A stretch of 64,000 nucleotides of DNA from an uncultured Acidobacteriaceae bacterium (GTDB taxonomy: Bacteria > Acidobacteriota > Terriglobia > Terriglobales > Acidobacteriaceae), in NCBI GenBank assembly GCA_963795845.1, contig CAWCJV010000017.1:62872-126871 (forward strand), read 5' to 3'. Positions 18,489 through 28,087 of this stretch are shown piece after piece. A program made the translations under genes and the position numbers. Below the pieces are notes generated by a model that worked only from the letters and a program-made list of their open reading frames with translations, was not told the origin of the DNA and made no database searches. Within the stretch, counting starts at the first letter, position 1. Every line of letters starts with the position of its first letter.

Positions 18489-18670
18489 TGTGTTTCTTCC
18501 TTAGTAACGAGATGACGCTGAATTCAATCGGGGTATCTTCAGGCGGTGCGGACTCCTAAAGCAGAACGAACTGAGAACCAAAATCGTATTCGACGCTCTT
18601 TTAGGATATACCGCTGAGGCGACAAGCGCAATGAAAAATTTGCCGCAGTACGCAAAAAAAGCTCGATTGG

Positions 18671-19909
18671 CTACTCGTACTTCAATGATTCTACAGGATT
18701 CATGCGGGCTGCCCGCACCGCTGGTACCGTGCCAAAGGCGATCCCCACCGCGCAAGAAACCAATATCGCGATTACCGCCGATGGCCACGAAACTTGTAAC
18801 CGGTAATCGGTAAAAAAAGCGACGGCCAGCGGCAGAAGCATGGCCAGCACGGTCCCTACCACGCCGCCACTGAGCGAGATCAAAACCGCCTCGGCCAGGA
18901 ACTGCATCTGGATTTCCCGGAAGGTCGCTCCCAGGGCCTTTCGGATGCCAATCTCACGAATCCTGGAACGCACGGTAGCCAGCATGATGTTCATGATGCC
19001 CACCCCGCTGACCATCAGCGTGACGAGCGAAAACAAGAGGAGGACAACGCTGAACGCAGTGGCGGTCTTTGCGGCCATGGAGAGCACTTCGGCGAGATTG
19101 CCCACGTCGTACACGGATTCGGCGCGATGCCTGGACTTGATCACTTTCAGGATGGCCTGCGTCGCCGCAGGCACATTGTTCGAGTCGGTCATGGAGAAAT
19201 AGATCTGGTTGACCGCATCCGTGCCGGTGAAATAGCGCCCTACAGTGTAGGGAATGAGGACAGTTTCGTCGACAATTTCCGATTGGCCGAAGGTCTCTAC
19301 GCGCTCGCGAAAGACACCGATGATGGTGAACGGGACGCCGGAAATTGCCAGCGTCTTGCCGATGGCTTCTCCCGGGTTGCCGAATTGAACCGCAGCAAAC
19401 TTCTGCGTGACCAGGGCTGCGTGGCTATGAGTTAACGAGTCCTGGTCATCGAAAAAGCGCCCTGCGACGAGGTAGAGCCGGCGAATGTCCGCGTAGGCAG
19501 GGTCCACACCCAGGATCAGGACGTCGCGCTCTTTTCCTCCACCCGATGTAAAGAACTGGTGCAGGTTGAGTACCGGAGATGCGGCCTGAATGCCGGGAAC
19601 CTGTTGTTCGACCGCGCGCATATCGTCGACCGTCAGATAATCGCGCACGGACGCGACGCTGGCGTCCGAAAGCCCTGCGTATTCCGCCCAGACCAGGTTG
19701 GTGCCGATGTTCTGAATCGAGGTGAGAACATACTCTCTACCAGAAAGCCCGATGGTGACCACAAGGATCAATGAGGCAGTCCCGATGACCATGCCCAGCG
19801 CGGTCAGGGCAAAGCGAATCTGGTTGAGGCGAAAGGAGTCGATGGCCAGCATCACGATCTCGCGAAACGCGATGCTCTTGGTAGTACGAACTGCCGGCAC
19901 GGTGCTCAT
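18671..19909 (-). CDS. ABC-type transporter permease, MacB/FtsX family (no ATPase domain)
   Basis: The architecture is one N-terminal TM, a large periplasmic MacB-PCD-like region and three C-terminal TMs (FtsX-like, ...IREIGIRKALGAT...). The ATG at 19909 overlaps the upstream stop as ATGA (19906-19909). Confidence 0.8.
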   Translation of the reverse strand: MSTVPAVRTTKSIAFREIVMLAIDSFRLNQIRFALTALGMVIGTASLILVVTIGLSGREYVLTSIQNIGTNLVWAEYAGLSDASVASVRDYLTVDDMRAVEQQVPGIQAASPVLNLHQFFTSGGGKERDVLILGVDPAYADIRRLYLVAGRFFDDQDSLTHSHAALVTQKFAAVQFGNPGEAIGKTLAISGVPFTIIGVFRERVETFGQSEIVDETVLIPYTVGRYFTGTDAVNQIYFSMTDSNNVPAATQAILKVIKSRHRAESVYDVGNLAEVLSMAAKTATAFSVVLLLFSLVTLMVSGVGIMNIMLATVRSRIREIGIRKALGATFREIQMQFLAEAVLISLSGGVVGTVLAMLLPLAVAFFTDYRLQVSWPSAVIAILVSCAVGIAFGTVPAVRAARMNPVESLKYE

Positions 19910-20280
19910 CGATTGCCCAGGAACACGAGAGTGACCCCGACCGTTACCAGAAAGAGACCGGCCCACCGCTGGGGGCTGACACGCTCGCCCAAAAAGAAGA
20001 CCGCCCCACATGCTCCCGCAACGTAACTAAGCGCGGTGACCGGGACCACGAAGCTCACGTTGAGAAAAGAGAGAGCACCCAGCAGGGAGAAAAAGCCGAG
20101 AGCCATCATGCCGATGCCGGCCCACAACCAGCCCACACGCATGGCACGCAAAATAACGCGAGCGATCGAGAGTGGACGAAAATCCTTCACTTCTCCCACT
20201 TCTTTCATGGCCCGGGAAACACAGAGCTCACCGCCTGTGCCGGCCACGACGATCAGGAAAAAAAGAAGCGCCTCGAGCAA
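19906..20280 (-). CDS. half-size EamA/DMT-family membrane protein (4 TM)
   Basis: 124 aa with a single EamA-like repeat (..FLGERVSPQRWAGLFLVTVGVTLV). The TTG start has a GGAG 10 nt upstream and sits 1 nt after the upstream stop. Confidence 0.65.
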   Translation of the reverse strand: MLEALLFFLIVVAGTGGELCVSRAMKEVGEVKDFRPLSIARVILRAMRVGWLWAGIGMMALGFFSLLGALSFLNVSFVVPVTALSYVAGACGAVFFLGERVSPQRWAGLFLVTVGVTLVFLGNR

Positions 20281-20281
20281 A

Positions 20282-20737
20282 CTAGCTTTGCTCCAGACTC
20301 ATCGCCTGGCGCTCAGGGCTGCCAGGCTTTTCAGAACTGCGGGGGCTGGTCTGCCCTACGACGAAGACGCCCAGGCAGATGATGGCGATTCCCAGCCAGC
20401 GCAAAGGAGAAACGGGCTCCCCCAGCATGAAATATCCAAGCAGGGCCACCACACCGTAACCCATCGAAGACGCGGGGAGCACAAAGCTGTAATCGGCCCA
20501 CGTTAACACCAGCAAATTGGCGAGGAAGAAGGTAAGCAGCGAGGCAACGCCGAGCCAGATGGTACCGGCTCCAAAAACAGCAAGCGCCGTGTGCAGCGCG
20601 TGGGAAGGCGGCCACATGGTGAGTTTTCCTGCATGCTTCATGCCTTTGCTGAGCAAGGCATTCCCCAGGGGGCCGGCAATGACCATCACCAGGATCATCA
20701 AAAACGTTTTTAGATGCAGTGGTTTTTGAGACGTCAT
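20282..20737 (-). CDS. half-size EamA/DMT-family membrane protein (4 TM)
   Basis: About 151 aa starting from MTSQKPLHLKTF. It has a single EamA-like repeat (..FMLGEPVSPLRWLGIAIICLGVFVV). Confidence 0.65.
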   Translation of the reverse strand: MTSQKPLHLKTFLMILVMVIAGPLGNALLSKGMKHAGKLTMWPPSHALHTALAVFGAGTIWLGVASLLTFFLANLLVLTWADYSFVLPASSMGYGVVALLGYFMLGEPVSPLRWLGIAIICLGVFVVGQTSPRSSEKPGSPERQAMSLEQS

Positions 20738-20880
20738 GCGTTCCCGGGCGTCAAATAAATGCCTTCCAGCCTTGCTACAGATTGTACTCGCTGGATTGCC
20801 TGTCACCCGAGCCCTGGGCCTGTTTGGGTTATAACTATAGATTGGGTGAAATCGTTCACCTTTCCCGAGGTGTTACCACT

Positions 20881-22824
20881 TTGTGTGGCATTGTTGGCTT
20901 TACCCAGAAAGGCTGGAGTTGCGATCCTGACCGGATTCGCGCAGCCACTGCGACCCTTACACATCGCGGACCAGATCAGCAGGGAGTATTCTCCTCCCGC
21001 TTGTGCTCGCTCGGGGCGACCCGGCTGAAGATCCTCGATCTGGCTGCAGGCAGTCAACCGATCACCTCGAGCGATGGCGACACGGTGATCGTATTTAATG
21101 GCGAAATCTATAACCACCTGGAACTGCGGCCTGAGCTGGAAGCCCTCGGCTACAAGTTTCATACCCATTGCGATACCGAGACAGTTTTGAATGCTTTCCT
21201 GGCATGGGACACCGCTTGTTTCGCACGGTTGCGCGGGATGTTCGCGGTCGCGCTATGGCGCAAGTCGACAAAGCGTCTGGTACTCGCGCGAGACCGCATG
21301 GGCATCAAGCCACTCTACCTGGCAAAGTACGGTGACGACATCCTATTCGGTTCTGAACTGAAGGCGATCCTCATCCACCCGGAAGTCGAGCGCCGCTTGA
21401 GCATGGAAGGTTTGGATTGCTATCTCACTCTGAACTACGTGCCCTGCCCGTGGACCCTGGTGAACGGGGTAGAAAAGCTGCGACCGGCCCATTGGTATGA
21501 ATGGCATGACGGCGAGGTGCGCAGCGAGTCTTATTGGCAGCTTCCTGCCTCTACGCCGCGTGCAGTAGATATCGAGAGCGCCAAGCAGGAGCTGGACTTT
21601 CTACTGCAGCAATCTGTTCGCGAGCACTTGCTCTCTGATGTGCCGCTGGGTGTCTGGTTGAGCGGAGGGATTGATTCTTCGACCATCCTGCATTACGCGG
21701 CCAGCACCAACCGTGCGCGGCTCAAAACATTTTCTATTTCGTTCAACGGCCGCAGCTTTGACGAGACGGAACATATCCAGCGCGTGGTTGCTCACTACGG
21801 AACCGATCATGAGCAACTGGACCTGAACCCGCAAGAGGATCTTCAGGGGGCTATCGAGCAGTTCGCGTATTACTCCGATGAGCCAAGCGCCGATGCTGGA
21901 GCGTTGCCGGTGTGGTTTCTCTCCCGTATGTGCAAGACGCATGCCACGGTGGCTTTGAGCGGAGAGGGCGCAGACGAAATTTTCGCCGGGTATCTTACGT
22001 ATCGCGCGAATCAATTGGCTCGTACGGCGCGGAGCTTGCCTGCACCGGCAATCAAGCTGGCGCTCGAGGCATTGCGCTTCTGGCCTGTTTCTGACGAAAA
22101 GATCAGCCTGGAATACAAACTGAAACGCTTTCTTGAGGGTAGCCTGCTTTCGCCGGAACGGGCGCATGTCCACTGGAATGGAACCTTCTCCGAGACCGCG
22201 AAAGCAGCGTTGCTGCGGCGCCCGTTGCCGGGGGCTATGGGGGACATCCTCAACGGACTGGCCAACTCGCTCACAGCGCAGGATGGCTTGTACCCATATC
22301 TAGCCTTCGATCAGCAGTATTACCTGGCCGATGACATTCTGGTGAAGTCGGATCGCATGAGCATGGCCCATGCGGTGGAGGTGCGTCCTCCGTTTCTTGA
22401 TCATCGGATTGTGGAGTTTGCCGCTACGTTGCCGGACTCACTCAAGATTCGAGGCTCGCGGCAAAAGCTGCTGCTCAAGGAATTGATGAAAGACAAATTG
22501 CCGGCATCGATTCTCAACCGGAAAAAAGTTGGCTTCGATATTCCAGCGCACGAGTGGCTGCGCGGTTCTCTTCGTCCACTTCTGCTGAACACTTTGAGCG
22601 AAGGCCTTGCTGAGCACGCTGAACTTTTCCGCGCCGATACTATCCAAAGATATTTGCAGCTGCACCTGGAAAGACGAGCCAACCTGGGATATCACTTATG
22701 GGGCTTGATGATCCTGTTTCTATGGATGAAGCAATGGCGCATTCAGTCAACGCCTGCGTTGACACAAAAACTGCCAGTCTTAGTTGCCGAGGGCGCTGGC
22801 ACACCCCTGCTAGACTTGGCTTAA
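20881..22824 (+). CDS. asnB: asparagine synthase (glutamine-hydrolysing) family amidotransferase
   Basis: The class-II Ntn amidotransferase N-terminus CGIVGF needs Cys at position 2, which forces the in-frame TTG start at 20881. The PP-loop is WLSGGIDSSTIL. Confidence 0.85.
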   Translation: MCGIVGFTQKGWSCDPDRIRAATATLTHRGPDQQGVFSSRLCSLGATRLKILDLAAGSQPITSSDGDTVIVFNGEIYNHLELRPELEALGYKFHTHCDTETVLNAFLAWDTACFARLRGMFAVALWRKSTKRLVLARDRMGIKPLYLAKYGDDILFGSELKAILIHPEVERRLSMEGLDCYLTLNYVPCPWTLVNGVEKLRPAHWYEWHDGEVRSESYWQLPASTPRAVDIESAKQELDFLLQQSVREHLLSDVPLGVWLSGGIDSSTILHYAASTNRARLKTFSISFNGRSFDETEHIQRVVAHYGTDHEQLDLNPQEDLQGAIEQFAYYSDEPSADAGALPVWFLSRMCKTHATVALSGEGADEIFAGYLTYRANQLARTARSLPAPAIKLALEALRFWPVSDEKISLEYKLKRFLEGSLLSPERAHVHWNGTFSETAKAALLRRPLPGAMGDILNGLANSLTAQDGLYPYLAFDQQYYLADDILVKSDRMSMAHAVEVRPPFLDHRIVEFAATLPDSLKIRGSRQKLLLKELMKDKLPASILNRKKVGFDIPAHEWLRGSLRPLLLNTLSEGLAEHAELFRADTIQRYLQLHLERRANLGYHLWGLMILFLWMKQWRIQSTPALTQKLPVLVAEGAGTPLLDLA

Positions 22825-22835
22825 GGCGACGTTAG

Positions 22836-24077
<1,242 letters not shown>

Positions 24078-24087
24078 GGGTTTAAAC

Positions 24088-24115
24088 AGAGAACCGCAGA
24101 TCCCTGCGGTTCTCT
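24088..24115 (+). terminator. hairpin terminator after sqdB
   Basis: The stem is agagaaccgcag-atccc-tgcggttctct, followed by tcgctttgt, 11 nt after the sqdB stop. Confidence 0.6.
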
Positions 24116-24160
24116 TCGCTTTGTAAAAAACATTTCCAGTAGGGGTCCGCAGAACCGCAG

Positions 24161-24260
24161 GTCCCTCCGCTACGCTTCGCTCCGGTCGGGATGACAAGTC
24201 TAGCGGTAACGCTTCGGTAGGCACAAGGCTAGAGTGACGGCCTAGTCGGGATGACAAGGG
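24161..24260. repeat. two copies of the 'cgggatgacaag' box repeat
   Basis: The copies are gtccctccgctacgcttcgctccggtcgggatgacaag (24161-24198) and agtcgggatgacaaggg (24244-24260). The same box occurs at 7501, 17305, 57126 (reverse) and 57410. Confidence 0.7.
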
Positions 24261-24288
24261 AGCGGTAGCGGTGGGACCGAAATAGTTT

Positions 24289-25578
24289 CTATACGCGTTC
24301 GGGAGCTTTCTCGGCGGCGCGGATTGCGGCTGTTGGGTCTACCGGGACTAGTTCGCCGTTGCGGATGTAGTAGTAGCCGTCTCTCCAGCGAATGCTGTTG
24401 CGGGTAAAACTGGTTAGCCAGATGCAGGCTGAGAGCAAATCCCAGACTGGAAGCAGCCAGAGCTTTTTGTAAATGCCTGGCTGTTTCAAACCCCACCTTC
24501 CAATCACTTCCATCATGGCGATGCGACAGGCGAAGTAGGCGCTCAGATAGGCGAAAGCTATCTCTGGTGTCGGCTGGACAAAAATAGCCGCCAGGGCCCA
24601 GGGCAGGCCAAGAGTAAAGATCAGGCCCAGGTGTCCCCAGGGACGCATGATGCGCATGACAACGGTCCAGCGTAGACGCTTGAGAAAAAGGTCACGCAGG
24701 GAGTGAAAATCGGACACGGTCTGGATGGTGTAGTTCAGCAGTTCGACTTCGTAGCCTTGCTCTGCAATCAGGCGTCCTACTAACAAGTCATCCGCCGGAC
24801 GATTTTCAATGGCAGCATAACCACCAAAGCCGGCGAGGTGCTTACGCGTGGTGGCAATGGTAGGACCGAGAGCGAATTTAACCCCGTCCAGTTGCCTGGC
24901 AACCAGAATGCCGGCATAAAAATCGGAGAGCATCCCTACGGATTGAACACGCTGGACGAAGGTTTTTTCTTCATTGGGGATCGGCGCGTAAAAGCAGGTC
25001 ACAGCTCCTACTTTGGGATCGGCAAGCCGGGCAACGACGGTGCGCAGGTAATCCGGTTGCACACGAACGTCGCTGTCGCTGATGACGACGGTTTCGTATT
25101 TTGCTTCCGCGGTGAGACGTGCCAGTTTGGCAACTTTGTCGTTCGTGGCCACACGGCCGGAGCCGATGAGTACGCGTATCTGACATTCCGGGAAGTCGCG
25201 GATGAGTCTTTGGATGGTGGGTAATGCAGGCTCAGAGGCGTCGCCTACGCAAAAGACGATTTCGTATTCGGGATAATCCTGGCGACAGAAACTGGCGAAG
25301 TTTTCGTAGGCATCAGGATCGAGACCGCGAATGGGCTTCAGGTTGCTGACGGGAGGGGTATAGATCTCCAAGGGCCGGGATTTACGCGAAGTGCGAAAGA
25401 ACTGCCATGCACTAAAAAGAGCAAGGGCGTAATAAATCAAGGGGATAGCGGCTATTCCCAAGATAAGGTAATGCACAAAACTCAGGATCATTCCGTCCCT
25501 AATTTCCATGTGGATCGATTCACGTCCAAGCCTGAGATGCAGCCGGATTTCACCATGTAGTTCATAAGACGTACTCAA
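24289..25578 (-). CDS. membrane glycosyltransferase, GT2/GT21-like (ceramide-glucosyltransferase-like fold)
   Basis: There is an N-terminal TM, then VSNLKPIRGLD, VISDSDV (DxD), a (Q/R)xxRW-like FLKRLRWTV and C-terminal TMs. The start is ambiguous: M1 at 25578, M24 at 25509 or M30 at 25491. Confidence 0.7.
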   Translation of the reverse strand: MSTSYELHGEIRLHLRLGRESIHMEIRDGMILSFVHYLILGIAAIPLIYYALALFSAWQFFRTSRKSRPLEIYTPPVSNLKPIRGLDPDAYENFASFCRQDYPEYEIVFCVGDASEPALPTIQRLIRDFPECQIRVLIGSGRVATNDKVAKLARLTAEAKYETVVISDSDVRVQPDYLRTVVARLADPKVGAVTCFYAPIPNEEKTFVQRVQSVGMLSDFYAGILVARQLDGVKFALGPTIATTRKHLAGFGGYAAIENRPADDLLVGRLIAEQGYEVELLNYTIQTVSDFHSLRDLFLKRLRWTVVMRIMRPWGHLGLIFTLGLPWALAAIFVQPTPEIAFAYLSAYFACRIAMMEVIGRWGLKQPGIYKKLWLLPVWDLLSACIWLTSFTRNSIRWRDGYYYIRNGELVPVDPTAAIRAAEKAPERV

Positions 25579-25805
25579 GACTTGGGCTGTTTCAACAACT
25601 TCATGCCGATCACGAAGCCGGTACCAGATTCCTATCTACAGGCTTGAAGTCGCAAAGGCAAGTCCGGGGGTAACGAAAATACCGCCGCGAGTGAATTTAT
25701 AAGTATTTTACTTTCATTCCCTTAAAGATAATTTTCGAACTTTTCCCACAATTGGGATTGGCGCTGGCGGGCGGCTATAGGCGAAAATAAGGCGAAGATC
25801 CGAAC

Positions 25806-26579
25806 ATGCCCTCCGCCCAACATCTTCGAGCCCAGATTGAAGCCAACCTAGCGGAAAGAATCCCTTCGGCACTCACTCCGCTGGCGCGAGTTCCCTCCCC
25901 GGTTGCGCCTAGTGGTATTTGTGAGATCGATGCTTTGCTAAGTGGCGGATTTCCTGTAGGCGCGCTCAGCGAAATTGTTGGGCCGGAATGTTCCGGACGT
26001 ACTTCGCTGGCACTCTCATTCGTGGCCGCGATGACCAAGGAAGGCAAAGTATGTGCGTGGGTAGATGTTTCCGACACGCTGCACCCTGAGTCCGCAGCGG
26101 CCATTGGAGTGGAACTCACGAGGCTCTTGTGGATACGCTGTGGCGTAATTCATGGCACTGCACCTTTGCGTAAAGTGTGGTCGCGCCTGGAGCAAGCACT
26201 CAAGGTGAGCGATCTACTACTGCAGGCAGGCGGCTTTAGTTGCATAGTGCTGGATATGGGCAGCCTGCCTGCGGAATATGCCTTGCGCGTGCCCCTGGCA
26301 ACCTGGTTTCGCTTTCGTGCCGCGGCCGAGCGTTTACAAGCCAACGTATTGTTGCTGACGCAACACGCTTGCTCCAGGAACAGCGCCGGCCTGGTGCTTC
26401 ATCTAACCCCGGGAAGCTTGCTCGACCGCGAGTCGACTGTGTTTACCGGCCTTGAACATAAGGCGGAGTTAACCCGGCAGCGCTTTCCCCAGGACAAGGT
26501 ACTTCCCTTGCGGAAGCAGCCACAAAGCGTGCAAAGGGCAGAATGGCAGGCCAGAACGGTTTGGTCAGGGTGCAGATGA
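25806..26579 (+). CDS. imuA: ImuA-like RecA-fold protein of the mutagenesis cassette
   Basis: 257 aa with ICEIDALLSGGFPVGALSEIVGPECSGRTSLAL, a degenerate RecA/SulA-like P-loop. It sits immediately upstream of imuB and dnaE2. Confidence 0.8.
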   Translation: MPSAQHLRAQIEANLAERIPSALTPLARVPSPVAPSGICEIDALLSGGFPVGALSEIVGPECSGRTSLALSFVAAMTKEGKVCAWVDVSDTLHPESAAAIGVELTRLLWIRCGVIHGTAPLRKVWSRLEQALKVSDLLLQAGGFSCIVLDMGSLPAEYALRVPLATWFRFRAAAERLQANVLLLTQHACSRNSAGLVLHLTPGSLLDRESTVFTGLEHKAELTRQRFPQDKVLPLRKQPQSVQRAEWQARTVWSGCR

Positions 26580-28087
26580 CTACGCCGATTGCACGCTACG
26601 CATGCCTCGATGCAAAAGAATTTCCGCTGCAGGCTTTGTTGCGCTTACGCCCAGAATTGCGGCGCAAACCGGTAGCCGTATTCGATGGGGAATCTCCATT
26701 CGAACAAGTGTGCTCGCTCAATGAGCCTGCTTTGATCCTGGGAATCGCCCTGGGTATGACAAAACTGGAAATGGAGATGTTTCCTACGGCGGTTGTATTG
26801 CACCGATCGCGTACAGAGGAAGCAGCGGCGCGTACAGCCTTGCTGGGGTGTGCCGGAGCCTTCTCCCCATGGGTGGAAGATCAGAGCAGTGATCGTTACT
26901 TTACCTGTGTCATCGATATTGCCGGAACCGAATCGTTATTTGGCTCCCCGGATGCATTGGGCGAAAGTCTGCTGAAAAAGACAAAGGCTCTTGGTATACA
27001 AGCAACGATTGCGATCAGCAGCAACTTTCATGCCGCCCGTTGCCTGGCACGGGGCCACTGCAGCACTGGTGTTCGCGTGATACCAAGGGGAATGGAATGT
27101 GCCGTACTCGCCCCTTTGCCGCTCACGGTGCTCGATCTTTCTCCGGAGCATACGGAAACGTTCTCGATGTGGGGCATCACCACCCTCGGGGCCCTGGGCA
27201 AACTGGCAGAAACAGAATTAATCGCCAGGCTGGGACAAGCAGGCAAAGAGATACGCCTGCTGGCACGTGGTGAATCGCCGCATTTGTTTACCGCTATTGA
27301 AGAAAACTTTGCGCTGGAAGAACGAATAAACCTGGATGCGCCGGTAGAATTGCTCGATTCCTTGCTTTTCATTTTGGGCGTGATGCTCGATCAGTTGATG
27401 GTGCGGGCCCAGGCACACATACTTGCGCTCGCCTCCGTTACTCTCCATCTAGGACTGGAAGGTGGCACTGAACACTCCCGAACAGTTCGCCCCGCACTTG
27501 CCAATATCGATCGGAAACTATGGCTGAAGCTTATCCACCTGGACCTGCAGGCATATCCTCCCCAAGCCGCTATCTTGTCGCTACGCTTGAGTGCAGAACC
27601 AGGCAGCACCAGCAAAGTGCAACTGGGACTGTTTTCTCCCCAGGTGCCGGAGCCCATGCGACTGGATGTAACCCTAGCCAGGATTCGCAGTATCGTCGGC
27701 GAGGGCTGCGTGGGCCAGGCGGTACTCAAGGACACGCATCGCCCGGATGCTTTTCGTATGGAGCCGTTTGTTGTGCCGGCTGCGACTGCAAGTGATAAGA
27801 AGGCGGGAACCGGACGGCTGGCCATGCGCCAGCTACGGCCGCCGGAAATAGTCCATGTAAAAGTACATGACCGGCAACCTGGTTCATTTGTTTTCCGGGA
27901 GAAGCGCTACACCGTCGAGCGTGCTTATGGCCCGTGGGCTTGTGCGGGAGATTGGTGGAATCCTACGCTCTGGTCGCTCGAACAGTGGGACCTGGTGGCC
28001 AAGGCTCATGACTCTGCCTCACTTTGTTGTTGCCTGACGCGTGATCTTATGCAGGATCGTTGGCAGATCGAGGCTCTGTATGACTGA
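26576..28087 (+). CDS. imuB: ImuB, Y-family DNA-polymerase-like protein
   Basis: The N-terminus is ARYACLDAKEFPLQALLRLRPEL, with UmuC-like palm and little-finger regions. The ATG at 26576 overlaps the imuA stop (ATGA). Confidence 0.85.
   Translation: MTTPIARYACLDAKEFPLQALLRLRPELRRKPVAVFDGESPFEQVCSLNEPALILGIALGMTKLEMEMFPTAVVLHRSRTEEAAARTALLGCAGAFSPWVEDQSSDRYFTCVIDIAGTESLFGSPDALGESLLKKTKALGIQATIAISSNFHAARCLARGHCSTGVRVIPRGMECAVLAPLPLTVLDLSPEHTETFSMWGITTLGALGKLAETELIARLGQAGKEIRLLARGESPHLFTAIEENFALEERINLDAPVELLDSLLFILGVMLDQLMVRAQAHILALASVTLHLGLEGGTEHSRTVRPALANIDRKLWLKLIHLDLQAYPPQAAILSLRLSAEPGSTSKVQLGLFSPQVPEPMRLDVTLARIRSIVGEGCVGQAVLKDTHRPDAFRMEPFVVPAATASDKKAGTGRLAMRQLRPPEIVHVKVHDRQPGSFVFREKRYTVERAYGPWACAGDWWNPTLWSLEQWDLVAKAHDSASLCCCLTRDLMQDRWQIEALYD

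Noticed and set aside
18489-18670. Possible promoter (TTGCGC-17-TATCCT on the minus strand, about 18603-18631) and a long cold-shock-type 5' UTR upstream of csp.
   Set aside because: The hexamers are weak matches and I cannot verify a transcription start from sequence alone. I did not report it as a feature. A long csp leader is expected biology rather than a novelty.
20719-20880. 54-codon N-terminal extension of asnB offered by the ORF track.
   Set aside because: It would place the catalytic Cys internally and would overlap the divergent EamA gene start and promoter region. The TTG at 20881 is chemically required.
25736-25749. cgaacttttcccac upstream of imuA could be a Gram-positive-type (Cheo, GAAC-N4-GTTC) LexA box.
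   Set aside because: Only the left half-site matches. The right half (cccac) is not the complement, so it is not a credible palindromic operator on its own.
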